64,000 bases of DNA from an uncultured Campylobacterales bacterium (lineage in GTDB: Bacteria; Campylobacterota; Campylobacteria; Campylobacterales; CACVAW01). The stretch covers positions 713-64,712 of the forward strand of contig CACVAW010000061.1 of the NCBI GenBank assembly GCA_902727925.1. The letters run 5' to 3'. A model generated the notes under the pieces. That model was not told the origin of the DNA. It did no database searches and was given only the letters and a program-made list of their open reading frames with translations. How positions within the stretch are numbered: position 1 is the stretch's first letter; every line of letters starts with the position of its first letter. Both the position numbers and the translations under genes were made by a program. Below are positions 30,870 to 39,610 of this stretch, piece after piece.

Positions 30870-31909
30870 TGGAAAAATTCAAAATTCAAAATTCAAAATT
30901 CAAAACTATACTGGTCACTGGCTGTGCAGGTTTTATAGGGAGTAATTTTGTACCATATTTTTTGGATAAATATGAAGAATATAATTTAGTTAATTTAGAT
31001 TTACTAACTTATGCAGGAGATTTAAAAAACCTAAAAGAGTGTGAGAATAATTCTAGGTATAAGTTTATAAAAGGTGATATTTGTAATAGGGATTTAGTTG
31101 AATTTATATTTAATGAGTATGATATACAAGGTGTAATTCATTTTGCAGCTGAATCTCATGTTGATAACTCTATTAAAAATCCAGGAGTATTTATTGAGAC
31201 AAATGTGAATGGTACATTCACACTAATAGATGTTGCATATAAATACTGGATGAATAAACCATTTGAATACAAAGATAATTACAAAAACTCAAGATTTCAT
31301 CATATCTCAACAGATGAGGTATATGGTACACTCAATGAGGTAGATTTATTCACAGAGAGTACTCCATATGCACCAAACTCACCATACTCAGCATCTAAAG
31401 CATCAAGTGATATGATAGTTAGATCTTATCAAGAAACTTATGGAATGAATACAGTCATTACAAACTGTTCAAATAACTATGGACCAAAACAACACGACGA
31501 AAAATTGATTCCTACAATTATTAGAAAAGCATTATCAGGTGAATCAATACCTATTTATGGTGATGGTAAGAATATCAGAGATTGGTTATATGTACTTGAT
31601 CACTGCAAGGGAATCGACCTTGTATATCACAATGGAGCTGAGGGAAATGTATATAATATCGGAGGAAGAAATGAAAGAACAAATCTTCAAATAGTTGGTA
31701 GTATTTGTTCTATTCTAGATAAAAAAGTACCTCAAAAAGGATCATACAAAGAGCTAATAACTTTTGTAGATGATAGAGCAGGACACGATAGAAGATATGC
31801 AATAGATGCTACCAAACTAGAGAATGAACTGGGATGGAAAGCAGACGAAGATTTTGAAAGTGGCATAATAAAGACTATTGAATGGTATTTAGAGAAGTAT
31901 AATAAGTGA
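30869..31909 (+). CDS. rfbB: dTDP-glucose 4,6-dehydratase
   Basis: ILVTGCAGFIGSNF, HISTDEVYG and YSASKASSD. It carries an unusual 11-aa N-terminal extension encoded by a heptamer repeat. Confidence 0.93.
   Translation: MEKFKIQNSKFKTILVTGCAGFIGSNFVPYFLDKYEEYNLVNLDLLTYAGDLKNLKECENNSRYKFIKGDICNRDLVEFIFNEYDIQGVIHFAAESHVDNSIKNPGVFIETNVNGTFTLIDVAYKYWMNKPFEYKDNYKNSRFHHISTDEVYGTLNEVDLFTESTPYAPNSPYSASKASSDMIVRSYQETYGMNTVITNCSNNYGPKQHDEKLIPTIIRKALSGESIPIYGDGKNIRDWLYVLDHCKGIDLVYHNGAEGNVYNIGGRNERTNLQIVGSICSILDKKVPQKGSYKELITFVDDRAGHDRRYAIDATKLENELGWKADEDFESGIIKTIEWYLEKYNK
30874..30901 (+). repeat. 4 x AAAATTC heptanucleotide tandem repeat inside codons 2-11 of rfbB
   Basis: Read directly: units at 30874-80, 30881-87, 30888-94 and 30895-901, followed by a partial AAAAC. 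Confidence 0.9.
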
Positions 31910-31944
31910 AATATTTATGTTTTAGAAGTAGGTTTAAATAGTAT

Positions 31945-32580
31945 ATGCAACCAACAAATCCAAAGATTTATCATATTGTTCATATTGATAAACTTCAGTC
32001 TATTGTAGATAATTGTGGGCTTTTGAGTCATAGTGAAGTGATAGGATTAGCTCTTGGTGGCACAACTATTGGAATGGATAGTATTAAACAAAGAAGACTT
32101 AATAAACTTACCTTTAGTACTTATCCTGACCTTTTTGTAGGGCATTGTGTTCCATTTTATTTTTGCCCTAGATCTGTGATGCTTTATACGATTGACATGA
32201 ATAATAAGGATATTAGATATCAAGGTGGTCAAGATAATATTATCCATCTTGAAGCTGATTTGATGCAGTCTATTCATTGGGCTAATACAAATAGTAAAAG
32301 ATGGGCATTTACATATTCAAATGCAGGTTCGTATTATTTTGAAGATACAAATGATTTGAAAAATTTAACAAATTTAGATTGGAATGCAATAAATGCTATA
32401 AATTGGAAGGGAATGAAAGAAAATAAACAAGCAGAATTTTTATGTGAAAATAACTTTTCTTGGAATTTGGTTGAGAGAATTGGAGTTTCAAACCAAACTG
32501 TTTATCAACAAGTTTTAAATATAATACAAAGTTCATATCACAAACCATTTGTTGAAATAAAAAATGATTGGTACTATTAG
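31945..32580 (+). CDS. darT: DarT (DUF4433) ssDNA ADP-ribosyltransferase toxin
   Basis: IYHIVHIDKLQSI, VPFYFCPRSVMLY and KQAEFL (catalytic Glu context) match hallmark DarT motifs; 211 aa. Confidence 0.88.
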   Translation: MQPTNPKIYHIVHIDKLQSIVDNCGLLSHSEVIGLALGGTTIGMDSIKQRRLNKLTFSTYPDLFVGHCVPFYFCPRSVMLYTIDMNNKDIRYQGGQDNIIHLEADLMQSIHWANTNSKRWAFTYSNAGSYYFEDTNDLKNLTNLDWNAINAINWKGMKENKQAEFLCENNFSWNLVERIGVSNQTVYQQVLNIIQSSYHKPFVEIKNDWYY

Positions 32581-32591
32581 TGGAGAGAGTA

Positions 32592-33635
32592 ATGATTAAG
32601 TATAAAAATGGTGATATATTAAAAGAGGATACAGAAGCTATTGTTAATACTGTAAATTGTGCTGGTGTGATGGGTAGAGGTCTTGCTTTACAATATAAAA
32701 ATAAATTTCCACAAAACTTCAAAGCCTATGCTTATGCCTGTAAAAATAAAGAAGTACAACCTGGAAAAATGTTTGTATATCAAACTGGACAATTAGTTAG
32801 TCCAAAATATATTATCAACTTTCCAACAAAAAGACACTGGAAAGCACATAGTAAAATAGAAGATATCGAAAATGGCTTAGATGATTTAATACAGGTTATA
32901 CAAAAATTAAGTATAAAATCAATAGCCATTCCACCACTTGGAAGTGGTCTTGGTGGATTAGATTGGAAAGTAGTCAAGCAAAAAATAAAGAAAAAACTAT
33001 CATTTGTTGATTGTGAAGTTTTAGTCTATGAACCACTTGAACAAAGAATCCAAAAAATTCAAACACAAGAATTACCTAAGATGACAGCAGGTCGTGCGGC
33101 ACTTTTGGAACTTATGGATAGGTATATTAAAGGCTTTATGGATCCATTTATTAGTTTACTTGAAGTACATAAGCTTATGTATTTTATGCAAGAAGCAGGA
33201 GAACCTTTGAAGCTTAAGTACCAAAAAGCTCATTTTGGACCATATGCAGATAATCTTAGACATGTTATGAATACTATAGAGGGTCACTTTGTTAGTGGCT
33301 ATGAAGATGGAGGAGACTCACCTACAAAACAACTTAAACTTGTAAAAGAAGCAGTTAAAGATGCAAAAGATTTCTTAGCAAACAAAAAAGAAACCCAACG
33401 AAATTTTGAAAAAGTGGCTGAACTTGTAGATGGGTTCGAAACACCATTTGGACTTGAACTTTTGGCTACAGTGCATTGGGTGGTTAAGTATGAAAATGCA
33501 AAAAGTATTGATGAAGTAGTTAAAAAAGTGTATAGTTGGAATGAAAGAAAAAAGCAGTTTACCGAAAGACAGATAAATATAGCATTTGATACTTTAGTAA
33601 AAAATGATTGGATAGATTTGGGTGTAGATTATTAA
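32592..33635 (+). CDS. darG: DarG macrodomain antitoxin (ADP-ribosyl-DNA glycohydrolase plus C-terminal DarT-binding domain)
   Basis: ATG at 32592 preceded by GGAGAGAG. Macrodomain motifs GDILKEDTEAIVNTVNCAGVMGRGLA and IAIPPLGSGLGGLDW, plus a ~190 aa C-terminal domain. Confidence 0.88.
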   Translation: MIKYKNGDILKEDTEAIVNTVNCAGVMGRGLALQYKNKFPQNFKAYAYACKNKEVQPGKMFVYQTGQLVSPKYIINFPTKRHWKAHSKIEDIENGLDDLIQVIQKLSIKSIAIPPLGSGLGGLDWKVVKQKIKKKLSFVDCEVLVYEPLEQRIQKIQTQELPKMTAGRAALLELMDRYIKGFMDPFISLLEVHKLMYFMQEAGEPLKLKYQKAHFGPYADNLRHVMNTIEGHFVSGYEDGGDSPTKQLKLVKEAVKDAKDFLANKKETQRNFEKVAELVDGFETPFGLELLATVHWVVKYENAKSIDEVVKKVYSWNERKKQFTERQINIAFDTLVKNDWIDLGVDY

Positions 33636-33685
33636 TGATAGCGTTTAATAAATCACTATGTGTACTTAGATGTGCTAAAATGACA

Positions 33686-33790
33686 AATGCTACCAAACTA
33701 GAAAATAAGCTTGGATGGAAAGCAAATGAAAACTTTGATACTGGTATAATAAAGACTATTGAATGGTATTTAGGGAAGTATAATAAGTGA
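33686..33790 (+). pseudogene. detached copy of the rfbB 3' end (copy 2)
   Basis: Aligns to 31805-31909 over 105 nt with 13 mismatches by my count, only 1 of them in the last 45 nt. It encodes ...ATKLENKLGWKANENFDTGIIKTIEWYLGKYNK* with no upstream dehydratase body. Confidence 0.9.
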
Positions 33791-35139
33791 CAAAAAAAGA
33801 TATATCAAACCTTATTTCAAAAAGTGAAGGTCAATATATTGAGTTTAAAACCTCTTTTCAAAAAGAAGTTATAGTCTCAGTAGTAGCTTTCTCAAATACA
33901 AAAGGTGGAAATATACTTATAGGAATAGATGATAATGAAAATATCCTAGGTGTTAATATATCTAAAGAAACCATCCAAAACTATATTAATGAAATCAAGC
34001 AAAACACACAGCCTTCTATTATAGTTGATATAGATGAATTTGAAATACAATCTAAGAAAATATTGAATATAACTATCAAAGAGTATCCCCTAAAACCAGT
34101 TGCTTATAAAAATAGATATTACAAAAGAGTTAAAAACTCAAATCACCTTATGAGCTTGAGCGAAATTTCAAATGAACATATAAAAACTTTTAATACTTCT
34201 TGGGATTATCATATAGATACTAGGCATGATTTTGAAGATATATCACTTAAAAATGTAGAAAAATTCATTCAAAAAATTGAATCAAATCAAAATAAAACTT
34301 TTAAAGATGATGCATATACTATTTTGAAAAAATATGAACTCATAAAAGAAAATAAACTTACATTTGGAGCTTATCTACTTTTTACTTCAAACGAATCAGC
34401 ACTTACTTCATTTCAAATAGGAAGGTTCAAAACACAAACTCATATCATAGACAACATAGATATAAATACTAATCTATTTGATCAAATAGATTTAGTAATG
34501 AATGGGATAAAAAAACATTTGATGACAGAATTTGTCATCACAGGTGAACCACAAAGGAAAATCAAGTACGATTATCCACCTCAAGCTATAAGAGAGATAG
34601 TTGTAAATATGATAGTTCATAGAGATTATAGAGATAGTGGAAATTCGATCATTAAAGTTTACGATGATAGAATAGAGTTTTTTAATCCTGGAAAACTATA
34701 TGATGATATTACTATACAGAAGCTAAACTCAGGAAATTATTCTTCGAGAACAAGAAATAGAGCAATAGCTAGAGCATTTAAAGAAGCTGGTATTATAGAA
34801 AGATATGGTTCAGGTATATCAAGAATAAAAGATGAATGTAGTAGACACGGTCTTAAGCAACCAAAAATAGAAGAGTTTGTACATGGTTTTAGAGTTATAC
34901 TATTTAAGAACACAAATGTCGGAGTAAATGTCGGAGTAAATGTCGGAGTAAATGTCGGAGTAAACCAAGTATATGATTTTATCAAACAAAACCAACCCAT
35001 AAGAACAAATACAATAGCCGAAAATTTTCCTACCGTGACTCAACGAACTATAGAAAGATATATAAAAAAACTCAAAGATGAAAAGAAAATAGATTTTGTA
35101 GGTAGTTCAAAAATTGGGGGATATATAATTATATGGTGA
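33787..35139 (+). CDS. Schlafen/AlbA_2 domain - HATPase_c_4 - wHTH protein (COG2865-type), copy 1
   Basis: The GTG start overlaps the remnant rfbB stop. N-terminal ESQ/EGQYIEFK...AFSNTKGGNILIGIDD (AlbA_2), IREIVVNMIVHRDY...RNRAIARAF...ERYGSGI (HATPase_c_4) and a C-terminal HTH tail. Confidence 0.8.
   Translation: MTKKDISNLISKSEGQYIEFKTSFQKEVIVSVVAFSNTKGGNILIGIDDNENILGVNISKETIQNYINEIKQNTQPSIIVDIDEFEIQSKKILNITIKEYPLKPVAYKNRYYKRVKNSNHLMSLSEISNEHIKTFNTSWDYHIDTRHDFEDISLKNVEKFIQKIESNQNKTFKDDAYTILKKYELIKENKLTFGAYLLFTSNESALTSFQIGRFKTQTHIIDNIDINTNLFDQIDLVMNGIKKHLMTEFVITGEPQRKIKYDYPPQAIREIVVNMIVHRDYRDSGNSIIKVYDDRIEFFNPGKLYDDITIQKLNSGNYSSRTRNRAIARAFKEAGIIERYGSGISRIKDECSRHGLKQPKIEEFVHGFRVILFKNTNVGVNVGVNVGVNVGVNQVYDFIKQNQPIRTNTIAENFPTVTQRTIERYIKKLKDEKKIDFVGSSKIGGYIIIW
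34915..34962 (+). repeat. 4 x 12-bp perfect tandem repeat AATGTCGGAGTA (NVGV x4), in frame
   Basis: Read directly. It lies in the linker between the HATPase-like domain and the wHTH of the 33787 gene. Confidence 0.95.
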
Positions 35140-35147
35140 ATTTTGTA

Positions 35148-35240
35148 AAACTAGAAAATAAGCTTGGCTGGAAAGCAGATAAAGATTTTTTAGGTATTGT
35201 TAAAATAATTAATTGGAATTTAGGGAAATATAATGGGTAA
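35148..35240 (+). pseudogene. detached, more decayed copy of the rfbB 3' end (copy 3)
   Basis: Encodes [30 protein letters not shown]. It has a one-codon deletion and is about four fifths identical to copy 2. Its end overlaps the fdtA ATG. Confidence 0.8.
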
Positions 35241-35655
35241 TTATAAAGTAATTAACTTTAAAACTTTAGGTGATGATAGAGGTTCTTTAATAGCTATAGA
35301 GCAAGGATATAATGCTCCTTTTGATATTAGTAGAGTATATTATATATTTGACACTAAAAAAGATGTTGAAAGAGGTTTTCATGCGCATATCAATCTCAAA
35401 CAAATTGCTATATCTGTTAAAGGTAGTTGTACTTTTGTCCTAGATAATGGAGAGAAAAGAGAAGAGGTAAAAATTGACAATCCAAATCAAGGTCTTTTTA
35501 TAGAAGGTCTTATTTGGAGAGAGATGAAGGACTTTAGTGAAGATTGTGTTCTAGTTGTGCTTGCAAGTGAACATTACGATGAGAATGATTATATAAGAGA
35601 TTATGAAAAGTTTTTAGAAGAGGTAAAAAATGATTCATCACTTAGCAGACGTTAG
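35233..35655 (+). CDS. fdtA: dTDP-4-keto-6-deoxyglucose 3,4-ketoisomerase (FdtA/QdtA, WxcM-like cupin)
   Basis: [22 protein letters not shown] and RGFHAH; 140 aa. The galacto versus gluco product cannot be told from sequence. Confidence 0.85.
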   Translation: MGNYKVINFKTLGDDRGSLIAIEQGYNAPFDISRVYYIFDTKKDVERGFHAHINLKQIAISVKGSCTFVLDNGEKREEVKIDNPNQGLFIEGLIWREMKDFSEDCVLVVLASEHYDENDYIRDYEKFLEEVKNDSSLSRR

Positions 35656-36139
35656 TTCCAAAAATATTGGATTAAATACAAATATTTGGCAATTTTGTGT
35701 AGTGTTAGAAAACGCAAGAATTGGTAATAACTGTAATATTAACGCAAATGTTTTTATTGAAAATAATGTTGTTATAGGTGATAATGTAACTATAAAATCA
35801 GGAGTTCAAATTTGGGATGGGATAACTTTAGAAGATAATGTTTTTGTAGGTCCTAATGTGACTTTTAGCAATGATCTTACTCCTAGAAGTAAGCAATATC
35901 CTGATAAGTTTCTTGAGACATTAGTTAGAAATGGTTCATCTATAGGTGCAAATAGTACTATTATTGGTGGTGTTGTTATCGAAGAATATGCAATGATAGG
36001 AGCAGGGAGTATGGTTACAAAGTCTATTGGTAAACAAGAACTTTGGTATGGTAATCCTGCTAAATTTCATAGCTATATATGCAAGTGTGGCAACAAATGT
36101 GATGATAAATTAATTTGTGATAACTGTAAAGGAAAGTAA
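35630..36139 (+). CDS. left-handed beta-helix N-acetyltransferase (FdtC/QdtC-like)
   Basis: Hexapeptide repeats ([34 protein letters not shown]) and FSNDLTPRS. It has a Cys-rich C-terminal tail. Confidence 0.8.
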   Translation: MIHHLADVSSKNIGLNTNIWQFCVVLENARIGNNCNINANVFIENNVVIGDNVTIKSGVQIWDGITLEDNVFVGPNVTFSNDLTPRSKQYPDKFLETLVRNGSSIGANSTIIGGVVIEEYAMIGAGSMVTKSIGKQELWYGNPAKFHSYICKCGNKCDDKLICDNCKGK

Positions 36140-36141
36140 AG

Positions 36142-37248
36142 ATGATTCCATTTTTAGATTTAAAAGGCATAAATGCACAATATAGAAATGAGCTTATCGA
36201 AGCATGTACAAAAGTAATAGATAGTGGTTGGTATATTCAAGGAAATGAATGTAAGGCTTTTGAAAAAGAGTTTGCTTCATTTTGTGGTACAAGGTATGCA
36301 ATAGGTGTTGCTAATGGTCTAGATGCTTTATCTTTAATACTTAGAGCTTATAAAGAACTAGATATTATAAAAGATGGAGACGAAGTGATTGTCCCTTCAA
36401 ATACTTATATCGCTTCTATATTGGCAATTTCTGAAAATAATTTGGTTCCTGTTTTGGTTGAGCCCAATATTGATACTTATTTAATAGACCCAGAAAGAAT
36501 AGAAGAAAAAATAACATCAAAAACTAAAGCTATTATGAGTGTTCATCTCTATGGACAAACATGTGAAATGGATAAAATAAATAAGATAGCCAAAAAATAT
36601 AATCTAAAAGTTATAGAAGATTCAGCTCAATCACATGGTGCATACTTTAAAGATAAAAAATGTGGGAATTTAGGTGATGCTAGTGGATTTAGTTTTTATC
36701 CAGGTAAAAATCTCGGAGCATTAGGTGATGGTGGCATAGTAACAACAAATAATGAAGAATTAGCTGATACAATCAAAGCGTTAGGTAATTATGGGAGTCA
36801 TACAAAATATGAAAATATTTATCAAGGGACAAATAGTCGGTTAGATGAAATGCAAGCAGCAATGTTACGAGTAAAACTTAGGTTTCTTGATAGTGAGATA
36901 AAAGTAAGAAGAGAAACTGCAGATTATTATATTGAAAATATTAAGAATGAAAATATTACTTTGCCTACCTTAAGAACAAACAATAATCATGTTTGGCATC
37001 TCTTTACAATACGAACAAATAAAAGAACGGAGTTACAAAAATATCTTTTAGATAATGGTATTCAAACTTTGATACATTATCCATTACCTCCACATAAACA
37101 AGAAGCTTATAGAAAATGGAATAATGAAAGTTTTGTGATAAGTGAAACAATACATGACGAGATTTTGAGCTTGCCTATTAGTGGTATTCAAAAAATAGAA
37201 GATACAAAAGAAATAACAAGATTAATTAATAAATGGAGAGAAAAATGA
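36142..37248 (+). CDS. DegT/DnrJ/EryC1-family PLP sugar aminotransferase (FdtB/QdtB-like)
   Basis: [17 protein letters not shown] and [15 protein letters not shown]; 368 aa. Confidence 0.88.
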   Translation: MIPFLDLKGINAQYRNELIEACTKVIDSGWYIQGNECKAFEKEFASFCGTRYAIGVANGLDALSLILRAYKELDIIKDGDEVIVPSNTYIASILAISENNLVPVLVEPNIDTYLIDPERIEEKITSKTKAIMSVHLYGQTCEMDKINKIAKKYNLKVIEDSAQSHGAYFKDKKCGNLGDASGFSFYPGKNLGALGDGGIVTTNNEELADTIKALGNYGSHTKYENIYQGTNSRLDEMQAAMLRVKLRFLDSEIKVRRETADYYIENIKNENITLPTLRTNNNHVWHLFTIRTNKRTELQKYLLDNGIQTLIHYPLPPHKQEAYRKWNNESFVISETIHDEILSLPISGIQKIEDTKEITRLINKWREK

Positions 37249-38537
37249 ATAAAACAGTATATATAGGAATGAGCGCAGATTTAGTACATCCTGGACATAT
37301 GAATATACTTCAAGTAGGGGCTGAACTCGGAGAAGTTGTTGTAGGACTTTTGACGGATAAGGCAATTGCAAGTTATAAAAGACTTCCATATATGACTTAT
37401 GAACAAAGAAAGTTAGTAATCGAAAATATAAAAGGAGTTAAAGAAGTAATTCCTCAAGATACCCTTGACTATAGACCTAACTTGGAATTGATTAAACCTG
37501 ACATTGTGGTTCATGGAGATGATTGGAAAGAAGGTGTTCAAAGTAAAACTAGACAACAAGTACTCGATACTTTAAGTCAGTGGGGTGGTGAGCTAGTTGA
37601 ACCAAATTATACATCTGGTATTTCATCTACACAATTAAATAATTCATTAAAAGAACTAGGTACTACTCCAGATATTAGAAGAAGTAGACTAAGAAGATTA
37701 ATAGACTCAAAAGAAGTAGTTAGAATTTTAGAATCTCATAATGCTCTAAGTGGTCTTATTGTAGAAAATATAAAATCTGATGATGGTGTAGAGTATGATG
37801 GAATGTGGTCAAGTTCTTTAACTGATTCTACTTCAAAAGGTAAGCCAGATATTGAAGCTGTTGATGTTAGTACAAGAATATCTACAATAAATGAAATATT
37901 TGAAGTTACAACAAAGCCGATGATTTATGACGCAGATACAGGTGGAATTGCAGAACATTTTGCATTTACAGTTAGGACTTTAGAACGAACAGGAATTAGT
38001 GCTGTAATAATAGAAGATAAGACAGGTTTAAAAAAGAATTCTTTATTTGGTAATGATGTAGCTCAAACACAAGATACTATAGAAAATTTTTGTGAAAAAA
38101 TTAAAGCTGGTAAAAAAGCACAAATAACAGATGACTTTATGATTATCTCTAGAATTGAAAGTTTAATTTTAGAAAAAGGTATGGATGACGCAGTATTAAG
38201 AGCAAAAGAATATATAAAAGCTGGTACAGATGGTGTTATGATACATTCAAGACTTAAAGAACCAAATGAAATTATAGAATTTTGTCAAATAATAAGAAAA
38301 TATGATGAGAATATTCCAATTATTGTTGTTCCTACAAGTTATAATCAAATTACAGCAAAAGAGTTAAGTAAAGTTGGTATAAATGTAGTTATTTATGCAA
38401 ATCATATGTTAAGAGCAGCTTACCCTGGAATGAAAAATGTAGCTAAATCTATACTTCAAAATGACAGAAGTTTAGAAGCAGAAGAAAATCTTTTATCAAT
38501 TAAAGAAATACTAGACTTGATACCAGGAACTAAATAA
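37245..38537 (+). CDS. pepM: bifunctional HxGH cytidylyltransferase-like domain / phosphoenolpyruvate phosphomutase
   Basis: ATG at 37245 overlaps the upstream stop, with RBS GGAGAG. N-terminal [15 protein letters not shown]...HGDDW. PEP mutase/ICL-fold motifs DADTGG and [12 protein letters not shown]. Confidence 0.85.
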   Translation: MNKTVYIGMSADLVHPGHMNILQVGAELGEVVVGLLTDKAIASYKRLPYMTYEQRKLVIENIKGVKEVIPQDTLDYRPNLELIKPDIVVHGDDWKEGVQSKTRQQVLDTLSQWGGELVEPNYTSGISSTQLNNSLKELGTTPDIRRSRLRRLIDSKEVVRILESHNALSGLIVENIKSDDGVEYDGMWSSSLTDSTSKGKPDIEAVDVSTRISTINEIFEVTTKPMIYDADTGGIAEHFAFTVRTLERTGISAVIIEDKTGLKKNSLFGNDVAQTQDTIENFCEKIKAGKKAQITDDFMIISRIESLILEKGMDDAVLRAKEYIKAGTDGVMIHSRLKEPNEIIEFCQIIRKYDENIPIIVVPTSYNQITAKELSKVGINVVIYANHMLRAAYPGMKNVAKSILQNDRSLEAEENLLSIKEILDLIPGTK

Positions 38538-39610
38538 TGGCGTTAGACACAAAGAAGTTTATAGAAAGTTTAATAGAAGAAAAATACACTCATTTGTGTG
38601 TTGTCCCTTGTAGTTTTGTAAAATATGTAATTAATGAAGCTATTAATAATCCAAATATAGAGTATGTCCCATGTGCTAGTGAAGCTGTAGCTTGTTCTGT
38701 TGCAGCTGGCCTTAAAATGTCGGGTAGTAGTCCGATGGTTATTGTTCAATCTTCAGGTGTGACAAATATGGGAAGTTGTATTACAAGTCTACTTAAGCCT
38801 TATGATGTAACTTTTCCAATTCTTACAAGTTGGAGAACTTATAAAAGTGGCGATAGTGAGATACAACATGAACATTTAGCTACAGAACTTCCTAAACTGA
38901 TTAAGGCTTATGGGTATGAATATACTATCTTAGATAATGAAAACTTAGAAAATACAATATCTCAAATAAATACTTGTGATGAGACAAATACAGTAGCAAT
39001 TATAAAAAAAGATAGTTTTACAAAAATAGAATTAGATGATAAACATAAATTAAATTTATTGGAATACACTCCACGAAGTGAATTTTTAACAAAATTAAAT
39101 GAAGACTTTAAAAGTACAGATGTTATTTTTATAGGTACAACTGGAAATACTGCTAGAGAAATGTATAGTTTCATGCCAGATACTAATAACTTCTATATGG
39201 CGGGTAATATGGGAGGAGCTTTAAGTCTAGGATTAGGCTTTGCAATGTCAGGGAAAAAAGTAATTGTTTGTGGTGGAGACGCTGAATTTGTTATGCATAT
39301 GGGCGGGCTTACAACAGCAGGAAGATACAGAGATAAAATAGATTTGACTTATATATTATTTGATAATGAATCTAATAAGTCTACTGGTGGACAAAATACT
39401 TATCAACAACATATTGACTATGTAAATATAGCTAAAAGTTGTAACTTTGATTTATTTGATAATGGTAAAGTAAACAAATTAGATAAATTTGAAGAGTTTA
39501 CTCAAACGCTAAAAAACAAATCTGGACTTAATTTTGTGTGTGTTAAGTGCGGTGTTGATGATGAAACTCCTAGACCACCTTTAGAAGTGGTTAAAGTAAA
39601 TAGAGTTTAG
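38537..39610 (+). CDS. ppd: phosphonopyruvate decarboxylase (ThDP-dependent)
   Basis: ThDP-binding motif GGDAEFVMHMGG...FDNESNKSTGGQ. It sits immediately after pepM. Confidence 0.85.
   Translation: MALDTKKFIESLIEEKYTHLCVVPCSFVKYVINEAINNPNIEYVPCASEAVACSVAAGLKMSGSSPMVIVQSSGVTNMGSCITSLLKPYDVTFPILTSWRTYKSGDSEIQHEHLATELPKLIKAYGYEYTILDNENLENTISQINTCDETNTVAIIKKDSFTKIELDDKHKLNLLEYTPRSEFLTKLNEDFKSTDVIFIGTTGNTAREMYSFMPDTNNFYMAGNMGGALSLGLGFAMSGKKVIVCGGDAEFVMHMGGLTTAGRYRDKIDLTYILFDNESNKSTGGQNTYQQHIDYVNIAKSCNFDLFDNGKVNKLDKFEEFTQTLKNKSGLNFVCVKCGVDDETPRPPLEVVKVNRV

Noticed and set aside
33608-33790. 60-aa ORF called in the track
   Set aside because: Its C-terminal 34 residues are a copy of the RfbB C-terminus and its N-terminus overlaps the darG end. 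I interpret it as a gene remnant, not a functional CDS.
34915-34962. Possible CRISPR-like array (also 47801-47860 and 30874-30901)
   Set aside because: The units are contiguous with no spacers, only 7-12 bp long, and lie in frame inside coding sequences. These are tandem repeats, not CRISPR, and no cas genes are present.
34737-35000. Minus-strand ORF reading the 12-bp repeat as TPTF x4
   Set aside because: It is antisense to the AlbA_2 gene, whose plus-strand frame carries recognisable domains on both sides of the repeat.
31910-35240. Classical mobile element (integrase, transposase, tRNA target, terminal inverted repeats) around DarTG/AlbA_2
   Set aside because: None is visible. The only boundary repeats are the rfbB 3' tails, so I interpret this as homologous-recombination cassettes rather than a transposon or integrative element.
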